This document shows, piece after piece, positions 28,965 to 39,439 of a stretch of DNA of 41,863 bases. Both the position numbers and the translations under genes were made by a program. The notes under the pieces are model-generated. The model was not told the origin of the DNA. It was given only the letters and a program-made list of their open reading frames with translations, and ran no database searches. Location of the stretch: positions 3,854 through 45,716 of the forward strand of contig MU006041.1 of NCBI GenBank assembly GCA_010093745.1, read 5' to 3'. The DNA is from Piedraia hortae CBS 480.64. Taxonomy: Eukaryota. Each line of letters starts with the position of its first letter. Position 1 is the stretch's first letter.

Positions 28965-29909
28965 ATGATGCAGAAGACGGCCACGACGCTCGCTCTCTTA
29001 CTCACAGCCGTCGCGGCCGAGTGCCCGGAAGGCCACAAGCCGGGACAGCACCATGTCTCATTTACATTGCCCTATCGCTACGAGGATGTCGTGAACGTCG
29101 TGGGCGACTACAGCGACCTTTCATGGGCGGGCGCAACAAGCGCCGTCGATGTCGAGGATGAATGGAAGCCGGGCACTTCGCGGTCATACACCATGTTGGG
29201 CGAGAAGTTTGTCGACACACTGACGACCTTCATGCGATCACAGAGCGGACCTTATATCCAGGTTCACAGCGTTGGCCCGGTTGAGTTTGCGCATTCGGGG
29301 TTGAAACTGCGAGCCGAGAGCAGTGCACAGGCGTGGTGGCCTGCGTGCGAAGGCCGCGCAACTTGGGCAGACATCAACGTCGACTACTGCGCCACAGACC
29401 TTGAGGATGCAGAGAAGGTGTGGTCCACGCTACACTCACACGCTGCGGCATCAGTTCGGAACAAGCTCGGCGGGCAAATGTATACCGGCTGTGAGGCACT
29501 TGGCGTTTTCGCAAGAGACGTGAATGGGACCACCAACGGCACCAATACCGTGCAGCCGTTGCATACCGTCGGGAGCGGTACCGTGGGAAACACGGTCGGA
29601 AATACGGTGGGCAACACCGTCACCGGCGGCGGCTCGTTCAAGACGTCGGCAACTGGCAGCAGGATCGGCAGTGCCACGGCGACGGCCTCTTCGGCAGCCA
29701 CGTCTAGCGCAGGCGGTGCTGGAGCTGGGGCTGGGGTAGGCGCTTCGTCTACGGGTGCCAGCTCACCAGCGGAGACCGGCGGCAGCGGATCAGACGAATG
29801 CGGGCCGCAGTCCACCACCACATGTGCCCATAATGGGGCATCGAGCACGAATATAAACTCTTTCATGGCCGCTGCAGCTGCTTTCATCGCTGTCAGTCTT
29901 TTTATATAA
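28965..29909 (+). CDS. Putative GPI-anchored cell-surface protein (possible SRPBCC/polyketide-cyclase-like N-domain plus Ser/Thr/Gly stalk)
   Basis: Signal peptide (TLALLLTAVAA), a Cys-containing globular domain with WAG...PGTSRSY, TVGN repeats, an S/T/G stalk and a hydrophobic C-terminus (FMAAAAAFIAVSLFI). Confidence 0.8.
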   Translation: MMQKTATTLALLLTAVAAECPEGHKPGQHHVSFTLPYRYEDVVNVVGDYSDLSWAGATSAVDVEDEWKPGTSRSYTMLGEKFVDTLTTFMRSQSGPYIQVHSVGPVEFAHSGLKLRAESSAQAWWPACEGRATWADINVDYCATDLEDAEKVWSTLHSHAAASVRNKLGGQMYTGCEALGVFARDVNGTTNGTNTVQPLHTVGSGTVGNTVGNTVGNTVTGGGSFKTSATGSRIGSATATASSAATSSAGGAGAGAGVGASSTGASSPAETGGSGSDECGPQSTTTCAHNGASSTNINSFMAAAAAFIAVSLFI

Positions 29910-29949
29910 ACCGTCTAATGTATCTAAGCGTCTAATAATCATCATGTAA

Positions 29950-30993
29950 TCACCTCCACGGCGCAGGCATAAACTCCCTACCACTTCCCACCAGCTTCGG
30001 TAGCACATCCTCAACACGCATATCCAACCTCACACTCTTGTCTGTCAGTAGCATCTCCTCATTCCTAACTCCGCCCAGATTTACAATCGCAATAGGAGCA
30101 TTTCTATCCCTCACCTCCTTGACAAGTCTCCAAGCCGAATACGTCGCCAGCGACGTTCCCAGCACCAATAGACGATCACACCGCTGCGCTAATTCCTGCG
30201 CCTTCCTCCTTCTCTTCTCGGGTATGTTCTCCCCAAACATAACCACTGCAGGCTTCAACACCCCTTTCCCCTTTGATACAACAGGATCATACTCCCCGTC
30301 CGAACCCGTCACGGTCCTCCCGGCCTGCACACAATGCGGGCACGGAGGGTACCTAAACCTCTCGTACTCCAAGCCAGGCACGTCAAGATCCCCATCCGGA
30401 TTCATCCTCAGACCCTTCTTCTCTCTCAGCGCATAATCCTCCGTCTCCAACCCTCCCTCCCGAACCACTCTCTCTAACAGATCCCCCCACGCGGGATTCA
30501 ACTCGCTCAGCATCTTCTGAAACCGCAAGCGTGAAAACTCCTCCCCACAAGTCCCACAAACCGTCTCCCTCAAATACCCATGCAGCTCGACCGTCTCCAA
30601 CCACGGATGCGCCTTGACATGCAATGAATCAACATTCTGCGTCACAATGCCCGCTACATCGCGCAGCTGCCCTACCGCCTCATGCGCAGCATTAGGAACC
30701 CGCTGTGCAGTAAGCGGAAACCCGAAAAACGACCGCGCCCAGTACCTCTGTCGCGACAGATGCGAGCGTAGGAATTGGGAGTGGAAGATTGGTACGTAGG
30801 TGGGGTTTAGGGAGTAGGTTCCTTGCGCGCCGCGGTAGTCGGATAGACCTGAGGGAACAGAGATGCCGGCTCCGGTTAGGACGGTCAGGGACTGGGACGA
30901 GGTGAGGAAGTCGGAGAGCGCGGAGAGTCCGGATGAGAGTGTCGTGTGCGTGCTGAGTGCTGCTGGGAGGGGTGAGGTATAGGGTATTCGCAT
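29950..30993 (-). CDS. Sir2-family NAD-dependent deacylase, class II (SIRT4-like)
   Basis: Motifs GAGISVPSGLSDYRG, RQRYWARS, TQNVDSLH, ELHG, CxxC...CxxC, NPDGD, LKPAVVMFGE and LGTSL. Confidence 0.9.
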   Translation of the reverse strand: MRIPYTSPLPAALSTHTTLSSGLSALSDFLTSSQSLTVLTGAGISVPSGLSDYRGAQGTYSLNPTYVPIFHSQFLRSHLSRQRYWARSFFGFPLTAQRVPNAAHEAVGQLRDVAGIVTQNVDSLHVKAHPWLETVELHGYLRETVCGTCGEEFSRLRFQKMLSELNPAWGDLLERVVREGGLETEDYALREKKGLRMNPDGDLDVPGLEYERFRYPPCPHCVQAGRTVTGSDGEYDPVVSKGKGVLKPAVVMFGENIPEKRRRKAQELAQRCDRLLVLGTSLATYSAWRLVKEVRDRNAPIAIVNLGGVRNEEMLLTDKSVRLDMRVEDVLPKLVGSGREFMPAPWR

Positions 30994-32588
30994 TGTAGGT
31001 GCATTTTGGAGGAGGATCGAGCCGTGGCGTGGTGGCGTGCGTGCTTGGAGTGGGCAGATCGGGCCGTGCCGGAATCAAAGACATCCTCTGAGGTGGTGGA
31101 TTTGCTCAGGCGTAAAAAACAATTATCACCCCCATCATTTGGAGTAGATTGAGGGTTGATTCGCTAATGGAAGCTGAGGCGAGTGCAAAGTGTTGCACGG
31201 GTTGAACTTTGAAGCTTGGAGTTGAGCCTTTGATGGTCAGACGCCATGGAACGGCACCATGCAACATGTAGCTGGACAGATCATTCTTCCGCAGAATCAT
31301 CATGCAAGCTTCATTGAGAAAGTCACTGTCTGCATGTGTAGACTCGGTGTATCAGATCGTACTGTTACGTCTGGATATAGAAGACATTGGATAGCTGATC
31401 CTAAACATAGCGGACAGGATCCTCGTGCCAGATCGATTCACTGTATCCAGGTCCGACTGCATAGCTCGAAATTAGAATGAAAATGTGGATGACCTGGTGC
31501 ATTCACGTCGTGCCAAATCATGTAGCATCGCTCATCCTGAAATGTGCAACCGCAAGATCGAGCACTTGTCCGTACCAAATGGCCCACGATAGGGAAGGCA
31601 TAAACCCCATTGTGGATCCTACTTTCCTACCCCGTACTGATGGCTCTCTTTTGTGCCTCCCCGTTTCCAGGTCAGAGATCAGCATGTACTTCACTGGTGT
31701 TCAGATCCAGCTGCAGATGGCGGAGAACGCACTAATTTTTGGATGAGGGGATAGAACTGCTGATATGTCCGCTTGACGAGTGCACTCTACAGTCTTTTGA
31801 GCTTTTACATGGACAGGGTAATGATCGTGTCCACAACTAATGGTCTCGCTGCGGATTCCAAAATCTCTACCGGTAGCTGAAGATCATACGCTTATCTTGC
31901 CGATTTGCAGCTTGGATTCTGTAAAGTAATGCATGTGTAAAAGCACTGACTTTGTGATGCTTTGGTGTGATAGATCGGAGGATCAACTTCCATCATGATT
32001 GGAGAGATGCAACAGTAGCAAGGTTCAGATAAAGCTGCCTGAGTGCAATAAGTTATCAGCAATATGGCCTACAAGGCGATCCTAATAGCAGAGAGCTGTG
32101 TAGGCAGTGATACAGATCACGTAACTTTCAGAAAATGTCATGCAGTTGGATGCAGGGCCATGCAGATAACACTTCCGAAAGCAATTAACAGTATTAATAG
32201 ATGCGAGGAAAAAGCAGAAAAGGGTCCGATAGATGCATGTTTAATGAACGGTCGTGCATGATTGGTCCATTGCCACACCCTGGTCGATCAAACGGGTGAC
32301 GCAAACGACAGTTATCGCAGGGTTTCATACATCAGGCGGTAGAGATAGACAGTGAAAACTGGCTATAATGCCCCAAGTGCTGGGCAGTAAGACGAGTGGG
32401 AGCCTCGATGAGTTCCTTGACTCTCCACATGCGGCTCTGCCCGTAAGTCATGCAGGCACCCGCCTTCAACTCTGCACCTGCACCACCACCACCACCGCTT
32501 GGCTTTTCTCCCGCACATGGTTGCTTTCCTCGTGCCTCTTGGGCCCTCGGCGTTTTAACGTTCTGCTTACTTCGCCTTTGCTCCGCGC

Positions 32589-33678
32589 ATGATGGGCTCC
32601 GGCAACTCCAAGCGTGATGGTGACGCAGCTCCTTTAAAACAGCTGATGCGCCGCTTCAAGGGCGGCCGCAACAAACCCGAAGTACAAACGAGCGTGCCGC
32701 GTAAGATAGAGAAGCCAGCCGATTCACCACTGGACGCCGTTGTCTCTGAGGCACAAGCTTCCGCAAAACTTCCCACACCGCCTCCGTCCGGCCGTGCTGC
32801 TGCCGTTGTTCCCTCAGTCTTTGGCGACAACCGTGGCTCCTCGCGGCATTCGGCTGTACCTCCCCCTAAGCGCGGGTCGTCACCCGTCCCTTCCACCCCC
32901 GCCGAATCTAGCGAGTCGGCGGACACACAGCTGTCCAAGCCTAATAGCAGCGAAGAAGCCATTCCGCCCATCCACTCACCGGCCATCACAACTCTTGTAC
33001 TGCTTCCCGACGAAGGGCCGCGGGACTACGGTCTTGAAAAAAAGTCATCGCGCTCGCCTTCGCCCTCAAAAGAGGCTCCTTCAACTGCGACTTCAGATCC
33101 CTCTTCACCTCCACCCAAAGCGAATCCGCAGGCCGCAAGGGTTAATGACCCTCTTCGTTCTCGATTAACGGGGCGAGAGCTATTCTACGTCGGTTTCCAA
33201 CTCCTTCATCAGTGGAAGCTAGCTGACAATCTACTAGGACGCCTTATGCCGCTTCAAGGCTACTTATGCTCCCGAAGGTGAAGCTCGCCCAGACACATCC
33301 GCGAGCGCACTTTCAGGGCAGGTTCCCGCGCACTCGCTCGGCGAGCGTTGGGAGAAGCCCTTCAAGCCGAACTACTTTGCCTACAGCCCGGCTCTGGACC
33401 GCGTGCAACTGACATGTCAAACCGACCACAAGAAGTTGTGGACAAACAGCAATAAGAGCTGCCCCATTGAATGCGCAGTCTGCCACGCGGATGACCCTGG
33501 GAAATACCACACTTGTGCGAACTGTTATCTACGTATCTGCACCAATTGCCGTTCCGAGCTGAACCGCGGCGGAGTTGCTTGGCTACGGGGCAGGCTTAGG
33601 AGACTGCTAAAGGACATGCCAGAGGAAAAGAAGAAAAACCTGTATCTGCATGATAAACGAGGCATTGAATGGCTTTGA
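32589..33678 (+). CDS. Hypothetical protein (~346 aa): possible N-myristoylation site, disordered middle, C-terminal Cys-rich putative zinc-binding domain; exons 32589-33188 and 33238-33678
   Basis: Intron 33189-33237 (GTCGGT...GCTGAC...TAG, phase 0) joins two ORF-track ORFs in frame. The C-terminus has C-x3-H...CxxC...CxxCxxxxCxxC. Confidence 0.7.
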
Positions 33679-33904
33679 AAAACGAAATGAGTTGGGTTTA
33701 CTAAAAGCTTTTCTATCTTGGGTGGGAGGTTCATAGGCTTAGATGTCTAGGTTCGTAGCATTATCACTACCTGCCAGGTATACATGTATAGTTTAAAGAG
33801 AAATCCTTGTCTATATACCTACCAATTGTTCGAGAAATAACTCCTTTCACTCCAAGTACGCCAAGAAAAATAAGGTCAGTCAGTCTCACCCCCCCTTCTT
33901 CCTG

Positions 33905-35442
33905 TCAACTTTTTTCTCTTTGCCCACCGGCGGCCTCTTCTCCAAGCTCCTCCTCCTCCTTTCTCTTTTCCTCCACCTTCTCACCTTCCTCCTCTTCAAG
34001 CTCCTCTTCAACTTTTTTCTCCTCCTCCTCCTCCTCCTCCCCCATTTCCAAATCCCGCACCGCATCTTTCTCCTTATCCGGCTTCACCACCTTTTTTTTC
34101 CTCCACTGCATGCCCCCCTCCCAGCCGAACCAGCCCTTTCTCTGGGGCCCCTAGCAAGAGCAGCCGCGGCAGCAAGAAAAACCATGACCAGGGCGGACAG
34201 ATCAGCGACCCTCCAGCCTTTCCACGCCATGAGCTGTGCGCCGGTAAATGTGCCCGTGACCTGGCCCATGAATGTGACGAACATGTAGGCGGTGTTGATG
34301 CTGCTCTTGGCGGTGGGCTCAGCGGCGTAAATGGCAGCACGGTTCGCGACTTGGGATGTCTGGCGGCCAAAGTCCGCAAACATGGCCTGCAGGATGGCGC
34401 CGGCAATGGAAATTGGCGCAATGGCCATGCCCATGCTGACGCCGAAGAGAGCGTACCCGAGAGCCAGGAAGACGACAACCGTTGGTGTGAACCGGTCGGT
34501 GAGTCTGCGGGAGTAGACCGGGTTCAGGAGCATGGTGGGCACGGAGACGAGGGCGAAGGGGGCGATGTGGATCGGGTTGAAGTTGAAGGGTGGCTTCGAG
34601 AGGAGGAAAGTCACCGACGTCCAGAAACTGGTGAATACCGCCGACATGAAGAAGGAGATGACGCTCGCCTGGACCAGCACCGGGTGCTTGGAGAACATTT
34701 GAACCATTTTGATGAGGAGGCGGTAGTACGGCCCCGAGTTCTTGTTCGTGACCGGATAGTCCGGCATCAGGAGCCAGAGGAGAGCAAAGATGAGGTATTG
34801 CATCGCCGTTGACAGCCAGTACACGTTGCGCCACGAGACGTACTGCGTCATGATTCCAGATATGAGTCGGGCGAAGATGACGCCGCACTGCATCGACGAC
34901 GTGACGATAGCCAGGCTGGATGCACGCCGCTCCGGGGCCGCAAGGTCGCCTACCAGCGCTGACATGATCTGCGAGGTGATGACTACGATCCCGATGAAGA
35001 ACTGGTTGGCTTGGAAGGAAGGCAGGTGAGGGATGAGGGCTGGGCCCATGGTCAATGTTGCCGCCGCGAAAGTCAGGCCGAGAACGAGCGGACGCCGACG
35101 GACCTGATCGCCGAGCGGACAGATGAAGATCAACCCAAGGGCGTACCCGACTTGGATGAGAGCGGGAATGTTGGCTACCATGGCGATGGGTACGTGGAAA
35201 TCCTTGGCAAGCACGTTGAGGATGGGGTTGGTGTAGTAGAGGTTGGCCGACGAAAATGCACCAGCGAAGCCATACAGGATGTTCAACGCTAAAGTGAACT
35301 TGGGCGGCTTGGCTTCATCGTAGCGTGCTCTGTGAGGCGTCCAGGCGAGGAATTTGGCCACTGATAATACCAGCTTGCCCAGACATGTGCGCTTTAGCTT
35401 CTCCACGCCGGTGAGCGTTTCCGTTGCGATAGAATAAGGCAT
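33905..35442 (-). CDS. MFS transporter (YnfM/YfcJ-like fungal family) with an apparent 1-nt frameshift at ~34137
   Basis: Motifs ANLYYTNPIL, QVGYALGLIFICPLGDQVRRR and GVIFARLISG, ~12 TMs. The as-read stop is at 34084. Restoring one base gives RGPREKGWFGWEGGMQW and an acidic tail ending at 33905. Confidence 0.85.
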
Positions 35443-37119
35443 TTTCTGGCTGTGAAGATATGTTATCGATGCAGATGAATGTTTCCGATGAATTATAGTA
35501 GCCAATAAGTATGGTTGACAGATGTCTGGCGTGTCAGAACTCGCGCTAAAGCTTTGCGTTGAGCCATTGGACTCAGTGTTCTGTTCTTGGCGACTCGCTG
35601 TTTCCTAATCCATTTCGTTAGACGGATAACGTGTCTATACCCGCGCATGAAGACGTCACTGCAGTTAGCCATCAAGTTTTGGGGTCATATGATGAGATCG
35701 AACGTGTCCAAAAATTCAAGTATGACTGCATAACCGTCGCCGACTTCACAAAGCGACAAAAGGTGTACAAGTGCAGCAATGAGATGTTCTCTCGAGGAAG
35801 TGCCAATGCAGTCAACCCTGAATATAGCAGACATTGGACACAGCGATTTCAGCTTGATAGCGGACTGTTAGCACCCCCATCTGGTCTCCGTTCATCTGTA
35901 GGCGTTTGGACACAACGAATTTCTCTGTATAAAGTGCTGCCATGGTTCCAAAACACCTGCAGGAATCTGGATTCAGCGGATTCCTTAATACAGCAGATAA
36001 TGCCCCATACCAGATCGATCTGCCTTGTTCAGATTCGACTGTTTACAAGACCTGTTTTCGCTTGCAAACCTACATTGCAACTGCTCCTGGGGACCATTTC
36101 TCATTCTCCTCACCATCCTTCCGACGCTTCTCCTATCGAGTCATGTAAAAGGATATTGTTTCCAGTTCGGCGGTAAAAACGTCTTTCATGTTATCGATGG
36201 CAGTCGGAATTCGCCGAGCCGTTGTTGAAGTGCGCTGGGTTATATAGGTAGTCGTGACGTCATAATTGCCCATCTTCCTCGCTTGGCAGATCTCTTACGT
36301 TCATCATACGGATAATTGGCTGGATACGCATTCAGCACAGATATACGGAGCAGCCCAATCATAGACACAAAGCCAGGCAAGCTCTACCTTGAGAATCATG
36401 GGTTAGGAGCACCAGAAGTATTTCCTGTGGTCCAACTCACGCTTATAACGCGGCGAGTGCGCTTCAAGTGACAGATGTCACGGAGCTGTCGTACCAGCTG
36501 TTATCCCAAGATGTGAAAAGGAGGATGTAACAAGGATCTGACTCCTCCGATGCTTCATCGGAGTGACGTTGGTGTTGTCAAAGCATAGCCTGCACCCAAC
36601 AAAAATGAGTCTTCACAATCCAGAGCAGTGGGCTACTGCTCCGTCATCGAGGGTTCGCCATCGGAAGTGGTGGCGAGTCCCTTGTCGGCGGATTTCCGGC
36701 TTCCGTGAGTATAAACGCTTCGTAGTCCCCGATTCCAGACTCTACCTTCTACACGCTTCTCACTCCCACAACCTTTGTCCATCCATGCACACACCACGCA
36801 CCGGACACTATGTACACCAACGGATACCACACTAAGAAGTACAGCAAATCCTGAATTCTAGAGGTGTTTCAGGTGAGTGGGTACCAAGTTTGCTGACAGT
36901 CCGCTATAAAGTCATGTTTCTCCATATAATGGATGCCGGACAAGGAGAAAGATCACGACTGAGAGGATGGCTAGCGCTTCACCAGAATTTCCTCTGTGAG
37001 AGGAATGACGACCACGCGTGGTGAAAGTCATGAAACAGGCGACTCTCGTTGCGTTATGTGACATCTCAAGTCCATCTTCGCTACAACCCCCGCCCCACAT
37101 TAATTTTGCTGTCGTCATC

Positions 37120-39340
37120 AGGAACAAGCCATTTCTTCTCAAAAAAGGCCATATCCAGACCCCACATGGATGATATCTTGGCCGCCGCAAAGTTGAAGTA
37201 CGGCGCGCTAAATTGGAAAGGACACGTAGAACGAGGTCCTTAGTTACCCAGAAATGCAAATTTTCGCAGATTTTCAAGGTTAAGCCAGATACAAGGCCAG
37301 GTGAATCAAAGAACAGCGGGATGCGGTTACATGAACCTGCGGGATCGGACAGTAGAAGAGTCGTAATAGCCCTGACTACAAGGTACAATCTGGCCACGTA
37401 GCAGCCGGGTGCCATGAATGTATACCTCAATAGGGAGATCAAAGAGGCGGTTTACAACACAGTTGCAAAGATCGTTGAGGATACCACATCTAGAAGCCGA
37501 TCGTCAAGGCCTTTCGAGGCGCAGGGAGTGCTTTCAAAGACGATTTGTCGAGGATAGTAATATACTGATTTGCTTTGCACGGGCGTTTACCCGACCCCTA
37601 AGGGACCTGTTGTGGGTAATGAACGAGGATTCCCTAATAGCGCCGATGACATGCTTGATCAGAAGCACCTGACGAGAATGATAGGATCATTTTGGACAAA
37701 AGTTTTTGATGGTGTATGACCTGAAAGTGACAATTTTGAGAGTCTGTGAGAGTAGCGGAAGAAATCAATGTAAGACAAGGTCCTGGGAGATGAACATGAG
37801 AATACGGCAGCTACCAGGTTATGAACCAAGCTCAAGCTACCGCTGGGGGCGAGGACTCCCACCAACCTGCTCATTGGAAAGGCCATACGGTATCGCTATC
37901 TCCCCCGAACTCCCACCTTCACGCCATCTTCGAAACTAGATCTGGAAAGCCTACCCAGGCTGAAATTCAATGGTTCCAATGGCCCAGATTGGCGTTCTAC
38001 ATGTGCCATCGCCTTTCGTTGCGCAAACCTGTGGCCAGTTGTTCACGGACTTCCACCCTTGTCACTAACAGAGCATACACCAAGTGACAAAGAGACATCT
38101 TTCCAAATGAAAGCTACGACTCGATATTTCTGGCTATTAATACTCGGTCCAATCCTTTGTTGAGGATTGGAAGCGAGTTATCGTCAATCAAGAAGCTTCT
38201 GATTTCCATGTGCGGCTGACATGCAGTATCAAATCCGCCAAGGCTGTGCGACATCGATCACTCGCCTATTGCTCTCGTTTCTTGTCCCAGTAATGGGAGG
38301 ATTCGATCGCTTTGGCGACATATACAGACCGATTGGCAGTGCCTAGGCTGGCAGCAATCAGAGAGCCGATAATTGCGAGGATGTGTCACCTCGTGGACCT
38401 TTGGATCACCCGAAGCGAGGATATGATACTTCATTCGGGGTGGCAAACTCAACAATCAACCGAGATAAAGAGGTCATCGAGTATCGGGGAGATCTTTAAA
38501 CATCGTCAGGGGCCCCATTTAATCATCGCAGTGCCTAGAAATGCATATACGCCCGAGTTTGGTTGCTGGACGGCGAATTCGTCCGGAACAAACTCGGTCT
38601 TGGAATCGAGGAGGAGCAGCTCCTCAGCGAGTCGAAATCTTAGCGGAGTCGGGCTTTACGGCGGCCGCCAGCAGCACCTCTTCTGTCTATGAATGTGCCG
38701 TCACCATCCGATTACAACGATCTGAAAATCTGCTGGCCTTCATTGGACAACAGCCAGATGGTCTAGCAGAGAGTTCAGGTAAAATTATCGTTGAACGACC
38801 CCGAGCGATGCTTTGCCAATTGGGTATTCCAGAGATTCCGTAGGCCAAACTGGCAGAATTGTCCTACTGGCTCCTAAACAGGACACCCACGAAGGCCGTA
38901 GATTGGAAAACACCATATGACATGCTATATGGACAGAAGTCCAACTTCTTAGTGACCAGGACGCTGGGCTGTACTGCCTATGTCCTGAACAAGGGCATGC
39001 CTAAGCTCGAAAAGTTGAAAGCCAAGGCACTGGTGGGCTAATTCGTGGGAATTACGGCATCCAATATTTTCGACGACATTTGGCTACCAACTGGCTGCCA
39101 ACCTTGAATCGTGTAGTCAAAGTAAGGGATGTGGTGTTTAAAGAGCACTTGTTCCTCACTCAAAAGGAAGCCGTTCCACGGCCTGTTTTTGAAAAAGTAC
39201 ACGCATTACCGCGTTCATGCGAGGAGCACCCAAAGTCGGTTATGACGAGGATATTTTGAAGGCAAGGTTGGACGTCAGCTATCCTAGGACGCAGCGAAGA
39301 AGTCAGCCTGGATGAAGATGCGGTCTGTACAAGACTGTGC
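37120..39340 (+). mobile_element. Decayed Ty1/copia gag-protease-integrase relic (best-supported part 38748-39145; boundaries approximate)
   Basis: The integrase C-terminal core and SH3-like region are readable across stops: QQPDGLAESSGKIIVERPRAML..IPEIP*..SYWLLNRTPTKAVDWKTPYDML..LGCTAYV..KLKAKALVG*FVG..IWLP..RVVKVRDVVFKE. There is a weaker Gag-like stretch near 37125-37240. No LTR or RT is visible. Confidence 0.75.
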
Positions 39341-39439
39341 ACCCATCACTGGTTGGCTTTCACGCCGACTTTTGCGTCCTATCAACCTATTCTAAACATA
39401 TATCCGGCTTTACATGCACATTGAGCGCAGGAGAAGACA

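Noticed and set aside
35631..36176. 181-aa ORF with a non-ATG start
   Set aside because: No ATG start, no recognisable domain, and it lies at the edge of the degenerate TE zone.
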